This document shows positions 28,031 through 40,800 of a stretch of DNA of 64,000 bases, in pieces; positions within the stretch are counted from its first letter, which is position 1, and every line of letters starts with the position of its first letter. The stretch is from contig NW_025964113.1 of NCBI RefSeq assembly GCF_023055435.1, forward strand, positions 1,240,001 through 1,304,000, in the 5' to 3' direction. The translations under genes were made by a program, and so were the position numbers. Origin of the DNA: Haliotis rufescens. Taxonomy: Eukaryota. The notes beneath the pieces are model-generated. The model was not told where the DNA came from. It worked only from the letters and a program-made list of their open reading frames with translations, and ran no database searches.

Positions 28031-28310
28031 GGGGGCAAGGGTGGCCCAGTCGTCTAAGGCGCCACGATTCTCTGTGCAGAGTCGCATCCCTTGGGCACGC
28101 CAGAAACCTATGATTGTGGGTTCAAATCCCGGTTCGCCCCGATTATGTTTCTAGGTTTGTCAGCACCAATCCCATGCTTGTGGGTTTCGCCGAAGTGGTA
28201 AACGTCTGAGACCTGGATCACTTCGGGCTTACCTCCCACATTAAGCTGACACGCCGCGATATAACTGGAATACTGTTAAAAGCGGCGTTAAACCCAACTC
28301 ACTCACTCAC
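28031..28310 (+). mobile_element. tRNA-derived SINE family C, full length
   Basis: A box TGGCCCAGTCG, B box GGTTCAAATCC, (CACT)n tail, TSD T(G/A)TCCTTGTC. Other copies at about 6930-7166, 7330-7610, 9155-9340, 12928-13170, 29040-29285, 30026-30335, 48690-48965 and 60620-60890. Confidence 0.92.
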
Positions 28311-29374
28311 TCTATCCTTGTCATGGTTATGTTGAAATGTAATAAAACTAACTGCGTATGTCTGAATATATCTTGTTTTCCTAGGAATAGAGTGTGGGTT
28401 TGTGGGAGTTTCAGGGAAGTAGATGGCAATTCCGTGTCAGGAAGACCTCTTCCTTTACAGGAACTTGTGTCATTTCATATAGGTTTTCTCTTTATTCACT
28501 GTTTTATATTATCACTGATGTGTCTGTCCATATTATCAGTTATTATTTAGCCATTTACTTTTACGCATCTCACTTATATGTTTACTTTCCATCAAAAATA
28601 GAAGGGCTGCAAATACAAAAATCTTTGTTTGTTTTAGTGCTGCAGTCTGTTGATACATAAATCAACTTTTTAAAATGTTGCCTTATGCTTTCATGGTATC
28701 CTATTCAGGGAGGACTTAGCCCTGTGGTTCATGCATTTGCTTGCCATGGAGCCAGTCCAGGTTCAGTTCCAATATTTATTTGAGTGTAGGTGTCCTAGTA
28801 GGGACATGGGTTTATCATTGCTAGAATGATTCAGATTCTGGTCTATGGGCAGCATTACTGGTGTTAGAAGATTTGGTGTAAAAATATTTATTTTTAGAAG
28901 TGTGTATACCCCTTGCACCAAGAAAAATTCTGTATGTGGGTTTAGCTTTATTTAGTGAAACGAACTCTGTTTGTCAGGTAAGACAATGAAATGATTGTGT
29001 TCAGAACATCTGCATTATTACATGATTTGTTAATGCCATGACGGCACGGATAGCCCAATCATCTAGTGTGCAGGAATTTGCTATGCAGGGTTACGTCCCT
29101 TAGGCATGCCAGGAACCTATCACTGTGGGTTCAAATCCTGGTTCACCCTAATTATGTTTCTAGGTTTGACAGTACCATACCCATGCTGATGGGTTTCATC
29201 AAAGTGGTTAAAAAAGACCAGCATCACTTCTGGGTTTCCTGCAATGCCATGATATAACTGAAATACAGAGGCATCAATTCACTCAGCAGTCTAAGAGTTA
29301 ATGCCAATATGTTATTATCTGGACAATATCACCTGCATAGGTTCTGTTCACATTAACAGGGTTTCACTGTATAA

Positions 29375-29547
29375 TTGAGTGAGTGAGTGAGTATGGTTTT
29401 ACACCGCTTTTAGCACTATTCCAGCAATATCACGGCTGGGGATACCAGAAATGTTCTTCACACATTGTACCCTTGTCAGGAATCGGACCCAGGTCTTCGG
29501 CGTGACGAGCGAAGACTTTAACCACTAGGCTACCCAAGACCGCCCCA
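29375..29547 (-). mobile_element. tRNA-derived SINE family B
   Basis: 13-bp TSD TTTCACTGTATAA. Confidence 0.9.
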
Positions 29548-29796
29548 TTTCACTGTATAAGAATCTATATGCATTGGACTTGGTGTCCACACCTTCCTTT
29601 CTTTTGTAGCTTGGAATGCCACAGCCCAATAGCTCAACCCACACTGAGAATGTCCGATTCCTGTGCTCGAACTGAATACCTCTGGTAGTTCTATTTATTA
29701 TTTTGGCATTGAGGGAGTACCACTCTTAAGAAGGGAGTGTATCTTTATTCATATAATTTCAATCATACATGTATGTAGACATTTTGTTTTCACATC

Positions 29797-29961
29797 GGGG
29801 CGGTCGGGTAGCCTAGTGGTTAAAGCGTTCGCTCATCATGCTGAAGCCCCGGGTTCGAATCTCGTCATGGGTACAATGTGTGAAGAACATTTCTGGTGCC
29901 CCCGCCGTGATATTGCTGGAATATTGCTAAAAGAGGCGTAAAACCAAACTCACTCACTCAC
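29797..29961 (+). mobile_element. tRNA-derived SINE family B
   Basis: 12-bp TSD TGTTTTCACATC; A and B boxes present. Confidence 0.92.
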
Positions 29962-30999
29962 TGTTTTCACATCAATGTACCTTCATGAAATGGGTATAGC
30001 TATGTACTCTACATCTTTAAGTTATGGGGGCATGCGTGACCCAGTCGTCTAAGGTCACAGGTTATAATATTACATCTGGATGATAGGCTGACCTCATGAA
30101 GTCTCTAGTCTATTCACTGTGCAGAGTTGCGAACCTTGGGCACAGCTGAAACTAAAATCGTGGGTTCGAATCCCAGTTTGCCACAATTATGTTTCAAGGT
30201 TTATCAGCACCATACCTGTGCTCATGGGTTTCAGCAAAGTGGTAAACATCTGAGACCTGCATCACTCTGGGTTCTCCTCGTACACTAAGCTGACACGCCG
30301 TGATATAACTGGAATATTGTTTAAAGCGGCCTTAAGAACAACTCTTCACATTACATATATGTTCTGTTTCTCCATGCATCTGTGTCACAGGAATGGACTG
30401 TGTTAAAAAAAGTAAAGCAACACCCTTCTTCAGCTTCATGTTTTCCAAACCGACATGCATTGTTTGGAAATCCCTATACATGGCATTGACCTCACTTTGC
30501 TGGATGTCTGAAATACCACAGGTACCTGGTGAACTGTCAGTACAAGAGCACCTTATGTTCCACCAGATGGTCACCAGTACTGAGTCACATCAGGGTGCAC
30601 AGGAGCAGAGGAGGCAAATAGAAGGGTAATATATTAACTGTTGCGTGGTACTGTTGCAGAACATGTCATTAGATAATCTGGTTTGGTTTCTGTATTTCTA
30701 AATGAATATGTATCTTTGCTTACAATAACAAATGTATTTCATCAGAATATTAATACTAGATGCAATTATTAAACATTGCAATTTAATACAGAAATATATA
30801 GTAAGTGTATAAAAGTCATATTGTCCAGGTGTATATTTCCCTATACAATTGTCCCACTAACAATGAGAAAACACTTGGTATTTTCCCTATAACCAGTGAA
30901 GTTATGATGACGGTTTATCATACAAAGAACAAATTAATCTCCATATTACAATAAAACTGTGTCCAACTTGTGTTTTGCCTGTCTCCATGTTGGAGGTAG

Positions 31000-31330
31000 T
31001 GAGGTGAGGTGAGGTGAAATGGAGTTTAATGTTGCGTCCAAGATTATTGCACTTATATCGTGATGTGCATGCACGTGTGTGTGGCTGCTTGTACTAGTCC
31101 AGACTGATGCCGATTTATAGTGCTAGCCCACTGAGATACCATGCCACAGTTTTAACATGAATACCCCACTCTGACACAGTATACTGACCCCGAGCTGACC
31201 AGTCCTTGTTTTAGCACCAGACAGGGTAACAACAAGTACCATCTTTTAACGTCTTTTGGTATAGTGTGGCCGGGGATCAAACCTTCTGCTCTCCTGGTGG
31301 ACGCTCTACCACTAGACCATGGAGGCGGTC
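31000..31330 (-). mobile_element. tRNA-derived SINE family D (Meta/MESC-like central domain)
   Basis: GACCGCCTCC head, central CATACC..AAAGACGTTAAAAGATGGTACTTGTTGTTACCCTGTCTGG block, (CACCT)n tail. Confidence 0.85.
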
Positions 31331-32328
31331 CCATGTTAGAGAGGCAAGGTAGAAATGGTACACTGAATTCAAGACTTCTTGTAAAGAAGCCCTAACTTCC
31401 TTACTGTACATAAGTTCTATGTATGTGTCACCAATATCTTTAACATCTCATTTCTTATACGTGTGGTTGCTTTCATGCATTTTATCTCAACTTCATCTGG
31501 TTCTTTGACTATGGCGTGTATGAGCAGTTGCATTATAGGTAACACAACTTATGTCCTTGTTGCTTATCCAACTTTACGTCTACTGACTCACTTGTGCAAC
31601 TGCCTGTTCGAGATTATTCTGTTTGAGAAGAATGTCACCAATTTACACAATAATAGTGGTATATTTTCATATATGTTGTTGTACAAAATCAGACTAATGA
31701 TTGGTTCATATTTTGCACCGTGAAGAGTGGTGCTACCCTTATACTTTGTATAATGCATTACATATGCTACTCAAAGAAGTTTAAGGACACCTGATTATTT
31801 TATATTACCATATTTAATCTCTCATGCCAGGTCACCTTGTCCTCGGAGCAGATGCCATGACAATTTAACTAAAGTAACACTAAAGAATTGGGTGTTCTTT
31901 AACTTCTTATTGGGGGAGTCGTGCACTTTACCGGGTGCACTTTTGCAGATTTCAGATTTCGCCAGATAGAGGATAATACTCACATTGCCAGCTTGAAGCT
32001 AAGCTAGGTTAATGAATTGACCCAACTAGCCAACATCCTACCACAGGACCACAGGCATTGTCACAAATAATTCGTGCTTGTTTACCGAGTCATCAGCACC
32101 CGATTGTTTACCGTTATGCGCATCTGCAGTAGCAATTTTCTTCAAGAAAATCGAAACTTGACAAAAGTGTATGGGAGTTTTCTCAAATTACATTTGATTA
32201 ATTTGTTATAAGAAATAGCTAGCCCATAACCTACCTCACTAACCCTAAGGATTGTAAATGGGTGCCTAACCCTTATGATTGTAAAGGGATGTTTGATCGG
32301 CAAGTAGTGCCAACCCTAAGGATAGTGA

Positions 32329-32598
32329 TTTTGTTTTATTTGTTTTTTGTTTAACGCCGCACTCAGCAATATTCCAGCTATATGACGGCAGTCTGTAAAT
32401 AATCGAATCTGGACCAGACAATTCAGTGATTGACATGAGCATCGATCTACGCAATTGGGATACCATGACATGCATCAACCAAGTCAGTGAGCCTGACCAC
32501 CCGATCCTGTTAATCGCCTCTTACGACAAGCATAGTCAGCATTTTTACAGCAAGCATGGGTTGCTGAAGACCTATTTTACCCTGTATCTTCACGGGTC
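32329..32598 (-). mobile_element. SINE-like family A, full length
   Basis: 13-bp TSD CTAAGGATAGTGA (32316-32328 and 32599-32611). Confidence 0.93.
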
Positions 32599-32611
32599 CT
32601 AAGGATAGTGA

Positions 32612-32993
32612 AGGGATGTTTGATCGGAAAGGGGCACCTAACCCTAATGATTGTAAGGGTGTGCTTGATCGGAAAGGGGCACCTAACCCTAATGATTGTA
32701 AGGGTGTGCTTGATCAGAAAGGGGTACCTAACCCTAATGATTGTAAGGGTGTGCTTGATCAGAAAGGGGTACCTAACCCTAATGATTGTAAGGGTGTGCT
32801 TGATAAGAAAGGGGTACCTAACCCTAATGATTGTAAGGGTGTGCTTGATAAGAAAGGGGTACCTAACCCTAATGATTGTAAGGGTGTGCTTGATAAGAAA
32901 GGGGTACCTAACCCTAATGATTGTAAGGGTGTGCTTGATCAGAAAGGGGTACCTAACCCTAATGATTGTAAGGGTGTGCTTGATCAGAAAGGG
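32612..32993. repeat. 45-bp minisatellite, about 8.5 copies (GATCAGAAAGGGGTACCTAACCCTAATGATTGTAAGGGTGTGCTT)
   Basis: Directly visible tandem array; explains the repetitive ORFs 32608-33126 and 32616-33191. Confidence 0.96.
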
Positions 32994-33072
32994 ATTCCAA
33001 GGGATAAGAATAGAGTTGGGGGTAAATTACCTTACACAACAAACCAGGGATCAAAGAGGCATGCAAGATCTG

Positions 33073-33179
33073 GGCCCACTTACACAAAGCGATCTTGGCG
33101 CTACGACTATTGTAAGCCTATGTTAAAGTATGGGAGTTACGATCGTCTATATGCTAAGATCGCTTTGTGCAAGTGGGCC
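33073..33179. mobile_element. Short PIF/Harbinger-like MITE
   Basis: 23/24-bp TIR GGCCCACTTACACAAAGCGATCTT with 3-bp TSD CTG; degenerate relative at about 54179-54287. Confidence 0.75.
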
Positions 33180-34414
33180 CTGGTGAAGTGAGAGTCAGTC
33201 AGCAGCCTGAGCCAATTAGCGCTGTGGTAAGCTGCACCCGGTAAACTGCATTGTTGCCCTTTTGAGTAGTAGACTTGGATAATAGGAAGCAAGAGACCAA
33301 GTATGGTAATAAAACTCTCAAATATATGTATATATATACATACAGTTGAACTGCTGTTGTTAAGTTTCTACTAAATGTTGAATGACAAATATTTGTTGTC
33401 TAGTTCAGTGTAATGTAAACTAAATTTGTTTCCTCATATACTGAATGTACAGGCTGATATTTATTTTTAATGAATGTGTTCAATATTTTGTGCATAATTG
33501 AGATGGTCAGGTGTGACGCTACGCTGTTGCTATCATGGAGAATATTATTGGTTTATAAAGGTGCACATCCCTGAACTTCATGAACTCTTAATAGTCTTTA
33601 CAATCTATTCCTTGTTCAACAATCATTTGGGCCAAATAGTTCAGCAAATAGTTCAGCAAATTTTTCATAAAATCCTCATAATTTGTTCGCTGATAATTAA
33701 CTCTCATCCAGGTCATCATCATTTATATTTTCTGCTGCTTTTTGTGTTTGCATTTTTTGCTCAAGTATGTATTTAATTATGAAGATTTGTTGCAAATTTT
33801 ACATGATCAGTTAGCAGAAAAGCTGAGACGCAAACATTGGTGCATATCCAGTTTCCGCTTCCCAGCAAATACACAAACTACACAAGGAGATAATACAGAA
33901 CACTAGTATTGCTTACTTAACTGTGAATAATATCCATTGAATGCTGTTTCATGCAGACCTACTGGTTGATTTAAGCAGTGGCCATGGCTTTGCTCAGCTG
34001 TGTTTGATAGCTGTGTGGTCTAATATGTGGTTCTTACATTGTATCAATTGAATTCCTGTATCTAGATTTCTATGTTGCGACCTGTTTTTGTAACAAGATG
34101 CTCAATATGTCCAACCTTTCATTCCTTGCAATGTTACGTGTAATTTACTAAGTTGAAAATTTAAAATGTGTCATGTGACTAAAACAATGCTTCCTGCTTC
34201 TTTTATGTAGCATGGACATTTGGTGCAGAAGTTTGTATGTGTTAATTTGTGCTAGTTTCACACTGTTTGATAACACCCCAGCAATGCACGTCACTCCAAC
34301 ATATGATAATATCGGCTTGTGTATTTACTCCTATATTGATGCAATGCTTGCCATGTCAGGTACCCTCAATAAACTATATTCACAGAACAGATTTGCAGTG
34401 TTGTGATTATTTTA

Positions 34415-34676
34415 GTTTGTTTGTTAGTTGTTTAATGCCGCACTCAACAATATTCCAGCTATATGACGGTGGTCTGTAAACAATCAAGTCAGGACCAGAC
34501 AATCAAGTGATTGACATCATGAGCATCGATCTTGCCAATTGGGATACAATGACATGCATCAACCAAGTCATCAAGGCTGTCCACCCGATCACATTAGTCA
34601 TCTTTTACAAGCCCAGTCGCCTTTTACGACAAGCTTGGTTGCTGAAGATCTATTCTACCCAGAATCTCCATGGGTC
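34415..34676 (-). mobile_element. SINE-like family A, full length
   Basis: 12-bp TSD GTGATTATTTTA (34403-34414 and 34677-34688). Confidence 0.92.
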
Positions 34677-35752
34677 GTGATTATTTTATGTCAGTTCTAT
34701 AAACCTGTGGAAATGATGTTGAAAAGTTGAAATAAAGGACAAAAGTATGCAATAATAGTCAAATGTTACGAGATCATTATTTAAATATGAATAATGAACT
34801 CAAAATACAACACAATACCATCAACAACTCACAAACAAGACGTCATGTAAAGAAAGAACAATGTGTACTAAAGAAGTCTGTTCCCAAAAAGGGCACTAAA
34901 CTGCTAAAGGACAATAAAGAATGTCAGATAGCGCTGCAAATTGTAAAACATTCTCAGTTGATACTAGCTCAGAATGTTTTAAAATAATTTTGAAATATAT
35001 TCAACTTCAGGAATCCGGTAGAATCTACCTTATTGGTAATGCAAAGTAAAGTTGATAGAGTCTTGCCTCCAGGAAATGACAAGCATTCAGAATGCAGTAG
35101 TTTCGAATGTTTCTGTTTCAGGGGGTTACTCATTGTAGAGGTGGTGCGATGGACCAAATTGTGCATTTATGTTTTGTTTCATCTTCCGACATTTCGAAGA
35201 ATTGCTGCTGTGGCTGATAAGAAAGGGAGATAATTAAACTGAACAAGGGAGATAACTCTCCAAACACTTCAGTAATAATTTTCTACTCAAGTTGTCATCA
35301 TACTCAACTTGTAATTGGATACTCAGGTAAAATGACCTCTTGGAGACCTCCACAAACCTATACATGACCGGGAAACTCTACATCCATGAAAATTCAAGGT
35401 TCAAATTGGACATCAAATATGCCTGTATTAAGGTGTATGCTGCTTGTCTGTCCATGTACTTGCATACAAGACTGATGTTCCTTATGTGGTAGTAACAACA
35501 CTCTAACATAATAAACCTACATGGGCATCTTGGCTTAAAGAAGAATCAAAAAGGTTTCTGGCTTCAGAGGTTAGCTGGATGACACAGTCCCCATTTGTTA
35601 AGATTTGAAGCTTAAGCCTGGATCTGACCTTTCTTTAAGCAAACATTGGAACCGTTGAGTTTGAGAAAGTTTGTTCCCATCCATTTCATAGACGCAATAA
35701 CATGAAATGAATACTCAATGGTTGAGAGGTTAAAAATGTCATTTGTATATGA

Positions 35753-36070
35753 GGCGAGGTGAAATTGGGTTTCACGTCACGTCCGAGATTATTGCACTTA
35801 TATAGCTACGTGCATGCACGTGTGTGGCTGCTTTATGATGCTGATTTATAGTGCTAGCACACCGAGATAACATGCCACAGTTTAACGTGAATACCCCACT
35901 CAGACACAGTATACTGACCAGTCCTTGTTTTAGCCCTTAATGCTGAGCTCCAGACAGGGTAACAACAAGTACCATCTTTTAGCATCTTTTGGTATGACGC
36001 AGCCAGGGATTGAACCCCAGACCTTCCACTCTCCGGGCAGACGCTCTACCACTAGACCACGGAGGCGGTC
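35753..36070 (-). mobile_element. tRNA-derived SINE family D (Meta/MESC-like central domain)
   Basis: 13-bp TSD CATTTGTATATGA; A and B boxes; same central block as the other family D copies. Confidence 0.9.
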
Positions 36071-37881
36071 CATTTGTATATGAATGGAAACAGATTATGA
36101 TATATCACCTTGTGTGTAGGGCATACAACCTCGAGCTGATCCTTGTGGAAACTCAGACAAGTTCAACCAAAAGTTAGGAACCATTGTACCCAGCCAATCC
36201 ACATTTTCATGTTAAAAAACCACACACCCAAAGCAATGTTTACTTTGGGCCTAGTCTGCAACAGTACCTTCCAGAGTACACAGTGACAGACAACTCTGTC
36301 CATGTGTATGACATCAGCACAAACTCAAGTCAGGTGCAGCAAGCCAGCAGCAACTACAGAAGCAACAAAGACTGTCTTCCCGAGGCAAGCGTGTCCACTA
36401 GCCTATATCAAAGCCTAGTTTCTACCCTTGCCTCATCAAGGCCACTTTTTCTGGCTTGACCCTGGCACCGCCTCGCGTAGATCACGAGTTGTGCCACTTG
36501 TAATGAAAATGTGATATTCAATGATAACACTGTTGTTATCTGGTATAGCTTCACAAAAGATGGCAACTAACATAGGCGACGTCCAATGGGTGAGCGAGTA
36601 TGGTTTTACGCCACTTTTAGCAATATTCCAGCAATATCACGGCGGGGGACACCAGAAATGGGCTTCACGCATTGTACCCATGTCGGGAATCGAACCTGGG
36701 TCTTCGGTGTGACAAGCGAACGCTTTAACCACGACGTCCAAATCGATCAGACCACGAAAGCATTCGCGATTTCATCCCTGACACAAAAACATCGACAATC
36801 TTTAGGGGGTGGGGGTGTTTGGTTTAAAAGATGAAAAAGCCATATTCTAGCATTAAATCACTTTCATACAAAGGTGTACCAGTCGTGGATGTTGATTTTG
36901 TGAAACATTCTCTGACTGGACTATCGGTATATGCGATAGTCCAATCATATTAAGCACAGGAAAGGGGGCTTGATGTGGCAAGGGTGGAAACATGACTTTG
37001 ATAAAAAGGCTAGTGGACGCTCTTGCCTCGGGAAGATGAATAAAGACAACAAAACACAGCAATGACGTATCAATAGTTTACTTGATAAAATTCACTTCAG
37101 AATCTTCAACACTTTAATAACAAGGATTCACTAAACAGTTTAGTAAATAAAATTAAAAGTATCCATATTCTGATGGTGTTTATCATCCCTAACAAAGAAA
37201 ATGGGCTCATCAAATCTATTAAATTCCTGTTGATAAACCAGTAGTTTATGTCTACTGAAATATCAGCCATTGCTTAGAAGATCCTTTCTAGGTTTCCATT
37301 GACAGTGATGCTGTTGAATCTGTATCGACTATTGATTCAAGAGACATCAAACCAGTACGGAAAACAATTTAAAAAGTATGGGTCCCTCAATACATGTGAA
37401 AATATACAGAAACAAGACTTGATGATGGCTTGTACATTACACATAAATGCCACATATGAAAATGGTAATGTATGCCGACATGAATGGGAAGTTACACACA
37501 GGTCTATTAAAGGATAGGTGCAATATCCTAGTTCCAGGTAGCTTTATGTCTTAATTTGAGTTTTCATTTAACACATGGTCACAAGCCAAAATATTGCATT
37601 GTTTACCAGTAAACCATAGAAAACAATGCAAATCTGTGCACCAGTTGATAAACCTCTGTGAACATCTGTCATACCATTACCCATCTGACCATGTCATGTC
37701 AACATCACTGACCATGTCATGTCAACATCACTGTCCACAACAAAGACATGTCACACAAGAGCGGTTCATCTCTTCAAACACGAGCTTTCCCAAATATCTG
37801 CCTCCAAAGTTTCTCTTCAAACACGAGCATTCCCAAATATATGCCTCCAAATCAATCATATCCAACATCAAATTAAAATAT

Positions 37882-40800
37882 TTATCTGTTGTTAAATCCC
37901 CCACCTCTTCCTCCCCTAAATCCACCCCCACCCCGACCCCTAAAGCCACCACCCCCTCTGAAGCCCCCACCCCCACGTCCTCCCCCGCCTCGTCCTCCGA
38001 AGCCTCGACCACCACGAAAACCTCCACCTCGACCACCTGTAACAGATAAATACATCAACTGAATTTAAATATATATTTATGGAACATCAAATAACTAATG
38101 CTTCTTCCTGTGTCTAAATAACCATATGCACAAGGCTATTTTCTCAAGTACAAACTAGTTATTAACTCCTGTTTTTTTCTCCACTGGTCTCTATTCACAG
38201 TACAAACTATTTCTAAGATAGTAATTTCTCAAATTTAGATGATGTAATTTAAATTAAAAATAGTAGGCGGTTTGTGTGTATTCATCCGCACTAGACACAC
38301 TTGTTAACTATCCACACTGAATACACATTTTACTTCAGTAAATTACTCACCATCTTTACAGTTTTAAACAAAGGTATAATTAACAGTATTTAAACAAATG
38401 TGTTAACCACATATGTACGAGAAAAAATGATAATTTCCATATGTTATCACTTAGAATGCTCATTTGTTTAGCATATTGATCCACTGACGTGATGAAGCGA
38501 AATACAGTGATGCCAAAGTTTAAAGATTATTGTGGCACTTATCTCATTTACTTATATATGCAAACATTACAGCAGCAAACATCAAGGACCCCCCATTGAG
38601 TTTCAACACTGCACTTGATTTCCAAAATGCTAGGCTGCACTACTTCTATGGTATTGATAACCGACACATAACACTACAAGCTTCAAACCAGTACAATTTC
38701 CTAGAGATCACACTAAGCCTAACACTAAGAGACATCACTCCTCTTACATACCTCGCCCTCCTCTACCCCTAGAGATCACACACAAAGCCTAACACTAAGA
38801 GACATCACTCCTCTTACATACCTCGCCCTCCTCTACCCCTAGAGATCACACACAAAGCCTAACACTAAGAGACATCACTCCTCTTACATACCTCGCCCTC
38901 CTCTACCCCCAGAGATCACACACAAAGCCTAACACTAAGAGACATCACTCCTCTTACATACCTCGCCCTCCTCTACCCCTAGAGATCACACACAAAGCCT
39001 AACACTAAGAGACATCACTCCTCTCACATACCTCGCCCTCCTCTACCCCCAGAGATCACACACAAAGCCTAACACTAAGAGACATAACTCCTCTCACATA
39101 CCTCGCCCTCCTCTACCCCCACGGTCTTTCCCCGCCCCTCTCTGCCCTGCTGCCCGGGGCAGGAAGCGCTGGAGAGGAAGCAATTTGGCTGGATCTATGA
39201 ACATCTGAAATTAAAAAAATATACGCTAAAATAATTCGGGAAATAAGGATATGATTTTCATTTGCTGAGTATCTACTCGGTGAGAAGGGTTTTACTGTGT
39301 AGTTATTGAGAACGAAGAAGTTCAAGAATGGGTGCAACAAATTATTCCCACTTGGAGAATCAAACTGATGGCTTACATGCAATGAACAGAAACATGAACA
39401 CGATAAACACAATTTCAATTTTATAGAAATTATTGAAGTTCCTCCCGATGTGGTGATGCACTATTTTTCAGTATCATTTAAAATGAAAACAAACATAATT
39501 CCTTTTTGTTTGCCTCAATCAACCAGAAAAGCTTACCTTAGTTGCTTTTGAAAATGAGCTTGCCTTCATATCAGGGGACAGTTTGACAGAAAAATACTGA
39601 CAAAAGTTAAGGATGGAACTAAACAGCCAGTGCCAAAAATATACAAGTCAATAACATTTGCAACAGATTAATACAGATTATAAAACCTGTGTTTATTAGT
39701 CAGAATTGGATAAATCTTGCACTTCCTTGAAATATATTAATATTCATCTGAAATAATCCAGAAACCACATCAATTTGATCATAAGCTTTATGAACAGGAT
39801 CTACCCTCCCTTAATACAGCAGAATTCAACTGGATCTTCCTTTGCAAGAGAATTGTTCTTGTCATAATTTGGTACTGTGTTTTGTTTTTGTTTAACTCCG
39901 CACTAAGCAACAGTCCAGTTATATGGCTGTGGTCTGTAAATAATCAAAGTCCGGACCAGAAAATCCAGTGATTGATATCATGAGCATGGATCTACACAAA
40001 TGTGATATGATGACATGCATCAACCAAGTCAACAAGCCTGACCACCTGATCATGTTGGTTGCCTTTAACGACAAGCATAGTAGCCTTACGACAAGCATGG
40101 GTTGCCGAGGACCTGCATCATCACAGGGGGCCATCAAGGAAAGAGGATATGCCTCGTGGAATAGGCTTGTTTGTTTGATGTGTAATGCCACTCTTAGCAA
40201 TTTTCCAGCTATATGCCAGCGGTCTGTAAATAGAGGAGTCTGGACCAGACAATCCGGTGATTGACATCATGAGCATCGATCCACGCAATTGGGATCGATG
40301 AGTGGAATAGGTCATGGAATGTCAACACAAGATTAAAAGCTATCATTCTATATTAGAAAAATGCTCTGCAAATCCAATATACACCCTAAACATGCTAAAT
40401 AATATGACTAACATGACTCACTGTAAATCTGTACCTCTCCAATGGCAGACATTTTTACCACATCCATCTTGTATCCAAGCAAACACACATGGATGCCCAG
40501 GCTAATTTCTACTGCAGACACTTCAAAACTAACATCCTTATCTTTATACCATCAACATTCAAAAGGATACAAAGTCCTTAATGGAACCAAATATTTCATC
40601 AACTTTTCCAACTTGTTGCTTATTTTCCAAGTAGATTGGAGCGTTGAAGTAGGGGATCTTCTCATTGGTTGCCCTGCACACAAGATCATCTTCACAGGGG
40701 TGGGTGAACAGACCCATTTCTGAAACACACACATAATTATGGAATCAAGTCCCTCCTTCACAGAGGACATCAGGTCATTGTAAAATTGTGAAGAAATCAT

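Larger units (their letters stand above)
31912..33259. mobile_element. Non-autonomous TIR element with CTAACCCTAA-containing internal repeats, carrying nested insertions
   Basis: 17/18-bp inverted match between TGCACTTTACCGGGTGCA (31922-31939) and 33233-33250; a shorter relative sharing internal blocks lies at about 46530-46937. Confidence 0.7.

Noticed and set aside
32612-32993. Interstitial telomere
   Set aside because: Only CTAACCCTAA within a 45-bp unit, not a (TTAGGG)n array.
32608-33191. Repeat proteins (DQKGVPNPNDCKGVL)n and (LTLMIVRVCLIRKGY)n
   Set aside because: A 45-bp unit divisible by three keeps two frames open by chance; the ORFs lie inside a TE and run into a MITE.
37686-37851. 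Two short tandem duplications (22 bp and 43 bp) in the GAR1 3' UTR
   Set aside because: Real, but ordinary slippage duplications with no evidence of function.
37594-38049. Ser/Thr/Pro-rich ORF on the + strand
   Set aside because: Antisense shadow of the GAR1 RGG exon and 3' UTR.
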